Source of the DNA: an uncultured Acidimicrobiia bacterium
GTDB lineage: Bacteria; Actinomycetota; Acidimicrobiia; IMCC26256; JAENVU01
Direction of reading: 5' to 3'
NCBI GenBank assembly: GCA_963801105.1
Contig: CAWDDH010000003.1
Span: 3,642,056-3,706,055, forward strand
Length of the DNA stretch: 64,000 bases
Shown here: positions 17,063 through 29,047 of the stretch, one piece after another
Layout: each line of letters starts with the position of its first letter
Position numbering within the stretch: the stretch's first letter is position 1
The notes under the pieces: generated by a model
The model's database searches: none
What the model was told of the DNA's origin: nothing
What the model saw: only the letters and a program-made list of their open reading frames with translations
Program-made: the position numbers and the translations under genes

Positions 17063-20000
17063 GTGGCCAACACCTTCGAGGATCTCGGACCGAACTCGGG
17101 GCTGGTCGACGAGATGTACCGCCAGTACGTGGCGGATCCCTCGTCGGTCTCTCCGTCGTGGCAAGAGTTCTTCTCCGACTACGTCCCGCCCGGCACCCGC
17201 CCGACCAACGGGGACCTCGCCGGGCGTGAGGAGCCCCCCGCGTCCTCGGCCCCGACGTCGTCGGTCACGTTGCGCCAGGAGCCGCCGGCCGAGCCCCGCC
17301 GGCCGGGTGCTGCGGCCCCGATCGTGCTCGACGGTGAGACGTCCCGGCCGATCCGGGGCGCGGCGGCGCGGATCGTCGAGAACATGGAGGCCAGCCTCGG
17401 CGTCCCGACGGCCACGTCCGTCCGGGACGTGCCGGCCAAGTTGCTCGAGGTCAACCGCCAGATCCTGAACAACCACCTCGGGCGCACGGCCCGCGGCAAG
17501 GTGAGCTTCACCCACCTGATCGCCTACGCCACGCTGCGGGCGATCCGTCAGGTCCCGGCGATGAGCGCCGGGTACGGGGTGGAGGAGGGCGCCCCCGTGA
17601 TCGTCCGCCACGACCACGTGAACCTCGGGCTCGCGGTCGACGTCGCCAAGTCCGACGGCTCACGCACACTCCTCGTGCCCAACGTCAAGCACGCCGACGA
17701 TCTGGACTTCGCGGGGTTCTTCGCCGCGTACGAGGAGTTGATCCGCAAGGTGCGCACCGGCGCGATCACCCCCGACGACTTCGCGGGGACCACCGTGACC
17801 ATCACCAATCCCGGGATGATCGGCACCGTCCACTCGGTGCCGCGCCTCATGCCCGGCCAGGGGTTCATCCTCGGCGTCGGCGCGATCGGCTACCCGGCCG
17901 AGTACGAGGGCGCCGACCCGGCGACGATCGCCCGACTCGGCGTGTCGAAGGTCATCACCCTCACGAGCACGTACGACCACCGCGTGATCCAGGGCGCGGA
18001 GAGCGGCGCGTTCCTCGGCGCGGTCCACGATCTCCTGCTCGGCGAGCACGGCTTCTACGACGCCATCTTCCAGAGCTTCGCGGTTCCCTACGAGCCGGCC
18101 CGTTGGTCCACCGACATCAGTCCGCTCGACGACGAGGCCGCCCTCAACGAGAAGGTGGTCCACGTCCACCAGCTCATCAACATGTACCGCGTGCGCGGCC
18201 ACCTGCTCGCGAACCTGGACCCGCTCGGTCGACGTGAGCCCGACACCCACGCCGAACTCGACATCAACCACTACGGGCTGAGCATCTGGGACCTCGACCG
18301 CGAGTTCCCCGTCGGCTCACTCGGCGCCGGGCGCGGCGACCGCCGCTCGATGCCGCTGCGCGACATCCTCGGGGTGCTGCGCGACGCCTACGCGCGCACG
18401 GTCGGCGTCGAGTTCATGCACATGCAGGATCCCGAGCACAAGGAATGGATCCAGACTCGCGTCGAGGCACGCGCACCCGCGCCGGACCCCGCGGTCCAGC
18501 GGCGCATCCTCGACCGCCTCAACGCCGCCGAGGCGTTCGAGAGCTTCTTGCAGAAGAAGTACCTCGGCCAGAAGCGCTTCAGCCTCGAGGGGGCCGAGTC
18601 GCTGATCCCGATGCTCGACGCGCTCCTCTCCTCCGCGGCCGACGGCGGTCTGAGCGACGTCGTCCTCGGAACCGCGCACCGCGGCCGCCTCAACGTGCTC
18701 GTCAACATCGTCGGCAAGAGCTACAACCAGATCTTCCGCGAGTTCGAGGGGGCGCTCGACCCGTCGTCGGTGCAGGGATCCGGCGACGTCAAGTACCACG
18801 TCGGCGCGACCGGGACCCACGTCGCACCGTCGGGCGCGACCGTCGGCGTGACACTTGCGTCCAACCCGAGCCACCTCGAGGCCGTCGACCCGGTCGTGGA
18901 AGGGATGGCACGCGCCACGGGGGACCGGATCGACGACACAGAACGCTCGCACGTGCTCCCGGTTCTCGTGCACGGCGACGCGGCGTTCGCCGGGCAGGGT
19001 GTGGTCGCGGAGACGCTCAACCTGTCCGAAGTCCCCGGCTACGAGGTCGGCGGGACCGTCCACATCGTGGTGAACAACCAGCTCGGGTTCACGACCGCGC
19101 CGGAGCTCGGGCGCTCGGGCGTCTATGCGACCGACGTCGCCAAGATGGTCCAGGCTCCGATCTTCCATGTGAACGGTGACGATCCCGAGGCCTGCGTGCG
19201 CGTGGTGCAGCTCGCGTACGAGTTCCGCCAGACGTTCCGCAAGGACGTCGTCGTCGACATGGTCTGCTACCGGCGCTTCGGACACAACGAGGGAGACGAA
19301 CCCGCTTTCACCCAGCCGAAGATGTACGAGCTGATCCGCGCGAAGCGCAGCATCCGCAAGCTCTACACCGAGACACTCGTCAACCGCGGCGACTTCGGCC
19401 TCGAGGAGGCGGAGGCCGCCCTCGACGACTTCCACGACCGGCTCGACCGGGCGTTCGACGAGACGCACCAGTCCGGGCCGCCGACCATCCCCGTCAACAT
19501 CGCCATCTCCGAGGAGGTGGAGCCACCCGTCGCGACCGGAGTCGCCGCGCTCGGATCTCGAACGGGTGATCCACGCGCTCACCACCTGGCCCGACGACTT
19601 CCGGGTCAACCCGAAGCTCGCCCGTATCCTCGGCGCCCGCGCGACCGACTTCGCGGCCGGGCACGTCGACTGGGCGCTCGCCGAGGCCCTCGCCTTCGGC
19701 ACGCTCGGGCTCGAACACACCCCGGTCCGGCTCGCCGGCCAGGACACCCGGCGCGGCACGTTCAGCCAGCGCCACTCGGTGCTCGTCGACCGCGAGACCG
19801 AGGCCGAGTACTTCCCGCTCCGGAACGCGAGCGAGGACCAGGCGCCCGTCATGATCTACGACACGGTCCTCAGCGAGTACGCCGCGCTCGGGTTCGAGTA
19901 CGGCTACTCGGTGGCCGACCCCGACGCGTGGGTCGGATGGGAGGCCCAGTTCGGCGACTTCACCAACGGCGCGCAGATCATCGTCGACCAGTTCATCGTC

Positions 20001-20696
20001 GCCGCCGAGGACAAGTGGGGGCAGAGCTCACGACTCGCGCTTCTGCTCCCGCACGGCTTCGAAGGCCAGGGCCCCGAGCATTCGAGCGCGCGCATCGAGC
20101 GCTTCCTCGCGCTCTGCGCGGAGAACAACCTGCGGGTCTGCTACCCGACAACTGCGGCGCAGTACTTCCACGTGCTGCGCCGCCAGGCCCGGACGTCGAC
20201 CCGCAAGCCGCTCGTGTGCTTCACCCCCAAGCGCTATCTGCGGTCGCCACACACGCAGAGCCCCGTGAGCGCGTTGGAGCAGGGCAGCTTCAACGAGATC
20301 CTCGACGACGACCGTCTCGCGATCGACCCCGCGTCGGTCACGCGCGTCCTGCTCTGCGCCGGGAAGATCGGTCACGAGCTCATGGACCGGCGCGACCAGC
20401 TCGGCGCGCCCGTCGCGGTGGTACGGGTGGAGCAGCTCTACCCGTGGCCCGAACCCGCGCTCGTCGCGCTCGCCGACAGGTACACCGCGTGCGAACAGGT
20501 GTGGTGGGTCCAGGAGGAGCCGGCGAACATGGGCGCGTGGAACTTCGCCCACGGCAAGCTCCACCGGATCCTCCGGGACCGGGCCCAGCTCCGCCACATC
20601 GCGCGGCCACCGTCACCGTCGCCCGCGAGCGGAAGCTCCGCCGTCCACGACCGCGAGCAGGAGCAGCTCTTCCTCGACGCCTTCGCCGAGCTCTGA
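17063..20696 (+). CDS. kgd: Multifunctional 2-oxoglutarate decarboxylase/dehydrogenase (fused E2-E1); +1 frameshift near 19547
   Basis: GPNSGLVDEMY, STYDHRVIQGAES, KRFSLEG, HRGRLN, GDVKYH, NPSHLEAVD, HGDAAFAGQG, GHNEGDEP; second frame GQDTRRGTFSQRH, WEAQFGDF, HGFEGQGPEHSS, QEEPANMGAW. Confidence 0.96.
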
Positions 20697-20729
20697 GACG
20701 AGCCCCCGGGCCGCTCGGGATGTGACAGC

Positions 20730-21338
20730 TCAGCGGGCGAGGAGGAGGTCGACGAGTGCGTCGATGTCGGCCTCGGTGACGCCCCGCCCGGTGACGAACA
20801 CCCGCATGAACAGCGCACCGGAGAGCATGTCGGCCACGATCGTGGCATCGGTGGGCGCGGGCAGCTCGCCGCGGTCGATGCCGGCCTGGATGATCGCGAC
20901 GAACGCGCCGCGCCGCTCCTCGACCAACGCGTTGTGCGCCGCGGCCAGCTCCGGACTACGGGACTTGGCCGAGAGCATCATCGGGATGGAGCGCCCGGCG
21001 TAGGAATCGGTGAGCATCGCGAGGTAGCCGTGCGCGATCGCGAGAAGATCGGTGCGCAGGTCGCCGGTCGACTCGGTGGGGATCACCGCGTGCGCCACGC
21101 ACCCGAGTGCGTCCATCACGAGGTCGAGCTTCGCGGGGTACCGGCGGTAGATCGTCGACTTGGCGACGCCGGCACGCGCCGCCACCGCCTCGACCGACAG
21201 ACCGTCGTACCCCTGCTCGCAGAACGTCTCGATCGCAGCCTGGAGGATGGCCGCGTCGGCCACGGTGCTCCGCGGCCGGCCGCTCGCTCCTCCGGCGGTC
21301 GTGACCTGCGGCTCGTCGCCGATGGCAGGAGTCGTCAC
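20730..21338 (-). CDS. TetR/AcrR-family regulator
   Basis: GRPRS..AILQAA..GYDGLSVEAVAARAGVAKSTIYRRY, TGDLRTDL; GTGA overlap with the MFS stop. Confidence 0.93.
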   Translation of the reverse strand: MTTPAIGDEPQVTTAGGASGRPRSTVADAAILQAAIETFCEQGYDGLSVEAVAARAGVAKSTIYRRYPAKLDLVMDALGCVAHAVIPTESTGDLRTDLLAIAHGYLAMLTDSYAGRSIPMMLSAKSRSPELAAAHNALVEERRGAFVAIIQAGIDRGELPAPTDATIVADMLSGALFMRVFVTGRGVTEADIDALVDLLLAR

Positions 21339-22933
21339 GGGACGATGCTCTCCGCGCGCAGTTCGACGATCTGCTCGGCCTCGCTCTCCTCGGTGGCCCG
21401 CGCCGGCAGCCACCGCAGCACGATGACCACGCCGATCGCCAGGACGATCGCGCCGACCCGGCTCCCCCAGCGGAACGCCTCCACGAACGCGTGGTTCGCG
21501 ACGTTGACCAACGACGCCGACAGCTGCTTGGCGTTCGGGACCGGCTGCTTCGCGAGCTGCTGCGACACGCCGATCGCGCCACCGAGCGAGTTCTTGGCCG
21601 CGTCCACCGCCGCCTTCGGCGCGGCCTTCCCGACGAAGAACTCGCTGATCTTGCTGCCGTAGACCGAGGAGACCACGCTGCCGATGATCGCGACGCCGAG
21701 TGCGCCGCCGACCTGGCGGGTCGTGTCGTTCACGGCCGAGCCGACACCGGCCTTGGCCAGCGGGAGCGAACCCATCACGGAGTCGGTCGCGGGCGCCATC
21801 ACGAGCCCCATGCCGGCGGCGAGGATCACGAACCGCCACACGATGTCCAGGTACGGCGTGTCCACCTGCAGCCCGGTCATCAGCACCAGCGCGAGGGCCG
21901 CGAGCCCGAGGCCCAGGGCCACCGTGTACTTCGACCCGAACCGCTCGACCACACGCGAGCTCGTGGGTGCCACGACCATCATGGTGATCGCATACGGGAG
22001 CAGACGGATCCCCGACTCGAGCGGCGTGTAGCCCAGCGTGAACTGCAGGTACTGGGTCAGCAGGAAGATCGAACCGAACATCGCGAAGAACGTGAGCGTG
22101 ATCGCAGCGTTCGCGGCACTGAACCGCGGGTTGCGGAAGAAGCCGACGTCGAGCATCGGATGATCGGATCGGCGCTCCCACCACACGAAGACGCCCAGCA
22201 ATGCGAGGCCCCCGACGAGCAACCCGACGGTCCGTTGGTCCGTCCACCCCTGGTTGGGTGCCTCGATGAGCGCGTACACGATCGTCATGAGGGCCGCGAT
22301 CGAGAGCAGGGCGCCGAAGGGATCGAGCTTGGGCGCCGACGGGTCCTTGCTCGTCGGGATGAGGACGAAGCCGGCGACGAGTCCGAAAACCACGATCGGC
22401 AGGTTCACCATGAAGATCGAACCCCAGTAGAAGCGCTCGAGCAGGAACCCGCCGGTGAGTGGCCCGAGCGCCACGCCGATGCCCGCCGTGCCCGCCCATA
22501 CCCCGATCGCCCGGCCGCGCTCGTGGGGCGGGAAGACGTTGGTGATGATCGAGAGCGTCGCCGGCATGATCAGCGCGCCCCCGATGCCCATGAAGGCCCG
22601 GGTCGCGATCAGCTGGTCGGCGCTGCCGGCGAAGGCCGAGGCGAGCGAGCCGAGCCCGAAGAGCAGGTAGCCCGCCTGGAGTGCGCCCCGGCGTCCGTAC
22701 CGGTCGCCCATCGCGCCCATCGTCAGGAGCAGTCCGGCGAAGACCAGCGTGTAGCTGTCGACCATCCACTGCACCTGGCTGTTGCTCGCGTCGAGGTCTC
22801 GGATCAGCGTGGGGATGGCGACGTTGAGGATCGAGTTGTCGAGCACGATCACCAGGAGGCTCACGCACAGGACGACGAGGATCGCCCATCGCCGCTGGTA
22901 GGCCTTCTCCTGGATCGCTTCGGCGCTGATCAC
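21335..22933 (-). CDS. DHA2 (EmrB/QacA) MFS efflux permease
   Basis: LDNSILNVAIP, WMVDSYTLVFAG, GDRYGRR, GPLTGG, WGSIFMVNLP, TTRQVGGALG. Confidence 0.95.
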   Translation of the reverse strand: MISAEAIQEKAYQRRWAILVVLCVSLLVIVLDNSILNVAIPTLIRDLDASNSQVQWMVDSYTLVFAGLLLTMGAMGDRYGRRGALQAGYLLFGLGSLASAFAGSADQLIATRAFMGIGGALIMPATLSIITNVFPPHERGRAIGVWAGTAGIGVALGPLTGGFLLERFYWGSIFMVNLPIVVFGLVAGFVLIPTSKDPSAPKLDPFGALLSIAALMTIVYALIEAPNQGWTDQRTVGLLVGGLALLGVFVWWERRSDHPMLDVGFFRNPRFSAANAAITLTFFAMFGSIFLLTQYLQFTLGYTPLESGIRLLPYAITMMVVAPTSSRVVERFGSKYTVALGLGLAALALVLMTGLQVDTPYLDIVWRFVILAAGMGLVMAPATDSVMGSLPLAKAGVGSAVNDTTRQVGGALGVAIIGSVVSSVYGSKISEFFVGKAAPKAAVDAAKNSLGGAIGVSQQLAKQPVPNAKQLSASLVNVANHAFVEAFRWGSRVGAIVLAIGVVIVLRWLPARATEESEAEQIVELRAESIVP

Positions 22934-22990
22934 GAACTGGTCCTTCGGAGAGGAGGGGTCGGGGGTCCGGCGAGTGTGGCGGCCCGGGTT

Positions 22991-23010
22991 ACGAAACGCA
23001 ACCGTTTCGT
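22991..23010. promoter_or_regulatory. Inverted repeat, probable operator of the TetR co-transcribed with the DHA2 pump
   Basis: ACGAAACG-CAAC-CGTTTCGT, perfect 8-bp arms about 60 bp upstream of the MFS start. Confidence 0.7.
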
Positions 23011-23115
23011 TTCGAATGTGCCGCGGGGCACGGCGACCGCGCGGGCTTGTCGCGCGGTCGCTTTCCGGCCGCGGCCAGGTGTCTGAAATTCCCGGTCTAT
23101 GGGCATCTCCACACT

Positions 23116-23144
23116 TTGCCCGGGCCGGGGTTCGCCCCTAGAGT
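23116..23144 (+). promoter_or_regulatory. Putative SigA-type promoter of the Ig-repeat gene
   Basis: TTGCCC-17 bp-TAGAGT, then SD GGAGGA before GTG 23179. Confidence 0.5.
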
Positions 23145-23178
23145 CCGCCGCTTCACACCGGGCGGTCGGAGGACAGTC

Positions 23179-25188
23179 GTGTTCACGAACAAGCGTCTCA
23201 GGGTTCTCGGCGCGCTGGTGCTCGTCGCGAGTGCGGCCGGCGTCATGGTCGCCGTCGCCAGCAGCGGCGCCGCACCGAACGAGGTTCGGCTCCACCTGGG
23301 CAGTGACGCCCGGTTCTTCCAGTACGGGAGCACCACTCAGACCCTGACGACCGCGTCGAACTCCTGCAAGATCAACTCCGCCGAACCCGTGATCGACCTC
23401 GCGACACCGAGCGGGTCGATGGCACCCGGCATCGGCCCGGACGACTCGATCGGCGTACGCAGCAACAAGGGCGGCAACGGCACACCGTGCTCCCAGATCG
23501 ACCCGAGCGAGAGCCTCTCGTTCAAGCCGGGGACGAGCATCGCGGGACGGTCCTTCAGCGGTTTGCGCATGGACCTCGAGATGACCGGCAACGCCACCGT
23601 GGAGCTGACCCTCGCCAACGGGACCACGAGCGCCGTCTACCAGCTGCAGACCGGCACCTCGATCACCGCGGCGCAGGCGGCCGAGCCCGACTACGACACG
23701 ACGGTTCCCTACAACGTGAGCTCGAGCCCGGGCGACGCCATCGACGCGTGCGCCGCGCCGAACAGCTCCGGGCCGAACAGCGGTCCGAACGACAACTGTG
23801 AATGGACCGTGCAGCCCGGGTTCAACTTCACGACGGTCACCCTCACCGCGATGACGGGAACGGTGTCGCTCGAAGGCAGCGCCGACTTCGGGAACGACCC
23901 CGCCTTCGACACGCTGTTCTACCTGTCGAACACGCCGCCGTCCGCGACGAACGACACCGTGACCACGGCCGAGGACACCGCCAAGAGCGGCAACGTCCTG
24001 ACCAACGACACCGACGCGGACGGCAACCCGCTGAGCGCGACGCTGCTGACCGGCCCGAGCCACGGCACGGTCTCACTGGCCGCGTCGGGTGCGTTCACCT
24101 ACACACCGGCACCCGACTACAACGGTCCCGATTCGTTCACCTACGCCGCGTCCGACGGTCTCGCGAGCTCGAACGCGACGGTCAACATCACGGTGACCCC
24201 TGTCAACGATGCGCCCGTCGCCCAGAGTGGGAACGCGTCGACGAACGAGGACCAGAAGGTGACGATCACGATCGCCACCGATATCGACAGCACTTCCTTG
24301 ACCGCAAGCTGCACCGGCGCGGCCGGCGGCACCGTGCAGGACAACGGCGATGGCACGATCGACTTCACCCCGGCCGCGAACTTCAACGGCGCGATCACGC
24401 TGACGTGCACGGCCACCGACGACAAGGGTGCCCAAACGAGTTCCTCGGCGACGATCGTGGTGGGAGTGACGCCTGTCAACGACGCACCGGTCGCACACGA
24501 CGACACCGCGGAGGTCGCTCAGAACGGGACCGTCGACATCCCCGTGCTCGCCAACGACACCGATGTCGACGGCGACACGCTGACGCCGACCAGCATCGGC
24601 AACCTCAACCCGAGCGGAGCGAGCGCCGTCGCCAACCTCGACGGCACGGTGACGTTCACGCCGCCGGCCGGATACACCGGATCAGCCTCCTTCACCTACA
24701 AGGCGAGCGACGGACAGGCGACCTCGAACCCGGCGACCGTCGATCTGACCGTGTATCCGGTCATCTGCAGCAACGAGACCGTCACCGACACCGACGCTGG
24801 CGTGACCGGTTCGTTCACCCGACTCGACGACTCCTTCAGCTGCAAGCGCTACACGCTCGACGCTTCGTCGGCGAACGGCACGATCGTGTTCCAGCCGAAC
24901 GGTGCCGCGGCCGTCGACTACCGCGGCTTCGTCTCCTTCGGCAGCACGGCGGCGCCGATCGGTCCGTTCCCGCTGCTCCTCGAGTACGACCCGACCGGCG
25001 GCGACACGTTCCGCCCGGTGCAGTGGTGCGTGAACCCGCAGTTCGACGCGAGCGACCGCGTCACCTCGGCCACGATCCCGGCCGGTGAGACTTGGTGCAT
25101 CGCGTCCGCCGACACCCGCGGGAGCAGCAGCGGAGCGCTGGTGACCACGTGGCAGGTGTTCGGCCACGACGACCCGAAGTTCCGGTAA
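23179..25188 (+). CDS. Secreted protein with three tandem cadherin/Ig-like (tandem-95-type) repeats
   Basis: Signal peptide; repeats with EDT..NVLTNDTDADG, FTYTPAPDYNGPDSFTY, VTPVNDAPVA (x2), VLANDTDVDGD; Cys-containing N- and C-terminal domains not recognised. Confidence 0.88.
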   Translation: MFTNKRLRVLGALVLVASAAGVMVAVASSGAAPNEVRLHLGSDARFFQYGSTTQTLTTASNSCKINSAEPVIDLATPSGSMAPGIGPDDSIGVRSNKGGNGTPCSQIDPSESLSFKPGTSIAGRSFSGLRMDLEMTGNATVELTLANGTTSAVYQLQTGTSITAAQAAEPDYDTTVPYNVSSSPGDAIDACAAPNSSGPNSGPNDNCEWTVQPGFNFTTVTLTAMTGTVSLEGSADFGNDPAFDTLFYLSNTPPSATNDTVTTAEDTAKSGNVLTNDTDADGNPLSATLLTGPSHGTVSLAASGAFTYTPAPDYNGPDSFTYAASDGLASSNATVNITVTPVNDAPVAQSGNASTNEDQKVTITIATDIDSTSLTASCTGAAGGTVQDNGDGTIDFTPAANFNGAITLTCTATDDKGAQTSSSATIVVGVTPVNDAPVAHDDTAEVAQNGTVDIPVLANDTDVDGDTLTPTSIGNLNPSGASAVANLDGTVTFTPPAGYTGSASFTYKASDGQATSNPATVDLTVYPVICSNETVTDTDAGVTGSFTRLDDSFSCKRYTLDASSANGTIVFQPNGAAAVDYRGFVSFGSTAAPIGPFPLLLEYDPTGGDTFRPVQWCVNPQFDASDRVTSATIPAGETWCIASADTRGSSSGALVTTWQVFGHDDPKFR

Positions 25189-25197
25189 TCGGCTGGG

Positions 25198-25238
25198 GCT
25201 GATCGTTCGGGGCGGAACTCGGCGAACGAACGATCAGC
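25198..25238. terminator. Hairpin between convergent genes
   Basis: GCTGATCGTTCG...CGAACGATCAGC, 12-bp perfect stem. Confidence 0.6.
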
Positions 25239-28200
25239 TCAGGTCGTCCCCGAGGTAGGGGACCGAGCGCACACCGAGGCGGTCCAGGATCTCCTTGCCC
25301 TCCGTCCGGAGCACCGCGCCCTCGGCGCCGGCCGTGAGCCGGCCGAGCGCGACCGACGTCAGCGCGATCTCGTACGGACGCGTGGCGGGACCGACCCGCC
25401 TCCAGGCTGGCCTCGAGCGCCGTCCGCGCCTCCGCGTCCGCTCGTCCGCACAGGGCCAGCGCCAGGCCCCGGACCCGCAGCAGCAGCGGAAGCTGCGCCG
25501 CGACCCCGCCGAGCGTCTGCGCCTCTCGGAGCGCGTCCTCCACGCACGCCAGCGCCCGTCCGGCGTCACCCGCGGCGAGGTGGCTCTCCGCGATGCGTGC
25601 GGCCGCCTCGAGCGCGTCAATGTGCGCGCCGACCTCGATCGACGCGACACGCGCCTCGGCCAGGAGCCGCAGCCCCTCCGCGTGGTCACCCGACAGGCTC
25701 CTTGCTCGTCCGAGGAGCAGCTTGGCGAAGGCCGAGGCCGGGCGGTCGCCGGCGACCCGCCAGATCCGCGCCGCGTCCTCGAGGAGCGTGGTGGCGGGCT
25801 CCGGCTCGCCACGATCCAACGCGATCTCACCGATGTTGGTCATACAGAACGCTCCGAGGACCGTATTGCCCGTCTGCCCCGCGAGCGTCCTCGCCTGCTC
25901 GTAGCGCAGCAGCGCGGCATCCCACTCCCCGCGCCAGTACGCGAAGCCTCCGAGCAGGTTCAACACGCTGGCCTGGCCCGGGAGGTCCTCGACCTGCTCG
26001 TAGAGGTCGAGCGACGCGGCGCAGGCTGTCGCTGCTCTCGAGGTCACCGAGTTCCATCTGCGCCCATCCGAGCACCTTGTACACGTCCGCGAGGGCGCCC
26101 GCGTCGCCAACGAGCGTCGCGGTCTCGATCGCCCGCTCGCACCATGCAATTGCCAGCTGATAGCGGCCCGCCTCCTTGCAGAACTGCGCGTACCAAGCGA
26201 GCATCCGGGCCCGCTGCCGGAGGCCTTCGGAGCTGTCGACCGCCTCGAGCAGCTTGAGGCCCCGCGTGATCGCGGCTCGCGCTTGCGAGTAGCTCTCCAG
26301 CCAGCCTCGGATCCACGCGCGCTTGAGCTGTACCCGCGCGTGGGCGACCGGATCGTCACCGATGTACTCCGCGCGCGGCACCGAACGCGTCCTCGGCACC
26401 GGCGAAGCTCCCCGACCGATGGCGTACGTCGCCGAGCGACTCCCGCAGGCGCGCGTGCTCGGCCCGCGGCACCTCGGGGAGTCTCCGGGCCGCCGCGAGC
26501 GCGCGCTCGTACAGCTCCGCCGCCTCGTGGTCGGCGAAGACCGCGCGGGCCTGTTCAGCGGCAGCGCGCGCGTACGTGAACGCCTCGTCGAATCGCTCCG
26601 CACGGAGGTAGTGAAGCGCGAGGAGTTCCGATGCGTCGTCGCCGGTCTGCTCGGCGCCATTCCGGATAGCGTCGCCGACGCGTCCGTGCAACTCCTTCCG
26701 GGAGCGATACGCGAGGCCCTCGTACGCGGAGTCACGCACCACCGCGTGCTCGAAGGTAAGACGCGAAGGCTCCCGCACGAAATATTCGCTCACGCGTGAC
26801 CACGCCGACTCGTCGAGCTCGCGGGGATCGAGCACCGCAGCAAGCAGATCCTCCGGGAACGACCGTCCCAAGACCGCGACCCGACGCAGGAGGTCGCGAT
26901 CCTGCGGTGGGAGCCGGTCGATGCTCGCGGCGACGAGGGCCTCGACCGAGTCCGGCAGGCCCTGCACCCCGCCGGCCGACCGCGCCGCGGCCACGAGTTC
27001 GGTGAGGAACAACGGATTCCCGGTGGAGCGTTCCGCGAGCAGCTCCACCTCCTGGGCCGAGATCGGCGAATCCACCGTGGCCCCGTGGACCAGCGCGATC
27101 GCATCGACGAGTTCGAGCGGCGCCAGCTCGACCGTGATCACCTGGGTCGCGTCGTCCGGTCGGCCGCCCTCGACATCGCGACGGGTGACCACGACGAGCC
27201 ACGGCACCGACTCGATCTCAGCGGTGAGCGCTTGCAGCAGCGCGTACGAGGCATCGTCCATCCATTGGACGTCCTCGATGACGAGGACGGCGGGGCCGGT
27301 GAGGAGGCGCTGCGCCAGGTCACGGAGCACGTCGGCCGTACGAGCCGTCCGAAACTGGCCTTCGAGCCGAGCCGTCTCGGGACTCTCCTCCATCGGGACG
27401 TCGACCAGCGAGGCGAGCAGCGGCGTCCAGGGCTCGAGCTCGGGGGCCGCGGCCCGCACGACGGCCAGAAGGTGCTCCCCGTCCGACGCCTTCCGTTGCG
27501 CCGGATCCAGCCCCACGAGCTCGCGAACGATGAGCCGCCAGGGCGAGTACGGCGTCGTGGACTCGTACAACTCACAGCGGGTCGCGCGCACCGTCAGGTC
27601 GACGCACGCGGCCCGCAACTCGTCGACGATCCTGGACTTGCCCATTCCGGCCGCGCCGACGATCTCCACGAACCGGCCCGACCCGCCGGTCACCGCGTCG
27701 CGCGCGGAGCAGCTGGTCCAGCTCGGCGTCGCGGCCGATGAACGGGAGCCGGAGAGCCGCCGCGTCGGCCTTGGCGCCCGCCACCGGCCCGACCTTCCAC
27801 GCTTCGACGGGTCGGGCCTTCCCCTTGACGGAGAATGGTTCGACCGCTTCGCGCACGAACGCCGTCGGCGATCGATCGAGGACATCGTGGGTCGCAAGAA
27901 TCTCGCCCGGAGCGGCGTGCGCCATCAGTCGAGCCGCCAGGTTCACCGCGTCGCCCATCACGGTGTACGTCCGCCGGTAGCTGGGACCCACATCACCCGC
28001 GAAGACCGGCCCGCGGTTCACGCCGATGCGAATCGGGATTCGAGGTGACGCGTCCACGATGTCGCGGAGCGCCAGCAGCATGTTTCGCTCGTCGTCGCCC
28101 GAACTGGTCGGGACGCCCGCAGTGAGGATGAACTTGCCGCCGTCACGATCGACGTCACTCGCGAGGAAGGTGACGCCGTGTCGATCGACAGCCTCTTGGA

Positions 28201-29047
28201 CGGTCGTGACCAGCTCGTCGAGCGCCCGGCCGACCTCGTCCAACGGGTGATCGCGGATGAGTACGTCGGTCCCGTCGAAATGAACGAACGCAATCGTCGC
28301 CCGTCGGTGCTCCGGGGCGCGCGTCTCAGCCAACGATTCCCGGAGCCCGACCGGGATGCATGTCGTCAGGTCGACGCCCTCCGGCGTCGGCGTCACCTCG
28401 TAACCGACCGGCCCGGTCGCGAGCGCCGGAGCCCGGCGCAGCAGGAAGCCGGGACCCTTCGCCCGTCCAACCGCCGATTGGCGAAACCGACGGGCCATCG
28501 CCGGGCTGATGAGGATCTCCCCGGCGTCGGCGGCGCCTTCGAGGGTCGCCGTCTCACTGGTCCCGGGTCCCGTGACCACGAGCTCGCGGTGGGATCCGCC
28601 GACGAGGAAGAAGTGGAACGTTCCGGTGTGGGCCCCGATCGACATGCGGAGGCGCACCTTCTGTCCGAGCACGCTCAGCTCCCCGCGCTCGCGAAGGGTA
28701 CGGCGCATCCCGACCGCCGAGTACGCCGCCCGGGCCGCGTGCTCGTCGCCGGTGAACAGCAGGAGCAACGCATCTCCGCCGAACTTGAGGAGACGGCCGC
28801 CATGGTCGTAGGCGACGGCCAAGAGGTCGGTGAAGGTGGCGCCGATGGTGGCCGCGAGCTCCTCGGCGCCGATGTTGCCCTGACGTGCGAGACCCTCGGA
28901 GAGCTTCGTGAACCCCGAGATGTCGATGAACACGACGCTGCCCTCGAGGGCCCGCGCGGTCGCCGCCGGACCCTGGCCCAGCCACTCGATCACGAGGCGG
29001 GGCAGGTACGGCGAGAACCGCTCGTTCCGCCCGCGGTCCTCACCCAT
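25234..29047 (-). CDS. Tandem class III adenylate/guanylate cyclase + STAND NTPase + TPR protein; four apparent frameshifts (about 27703, 26370, 26020, 25382)
   Basis: FIDISGFTKLSE, KFGGDALL, DVDRDGGK, YTVMGDAVNLAARLM; Walker A GAAGMGKS, Walker B VIEDVQWMD, GNPLFL, FEHAVVRDSAY, then TPR-like helices. Pieces lie in successive frames. Confidence 0.88.

Noticed and set aside
17063-20696. kgd (also hom and mrp) as pseudogenes or programmed frameshifts
   Set aside because: Single indels in otherwise intact housekeeping genes, with no slippery heptamer and no further decay; assembly error is more likely.
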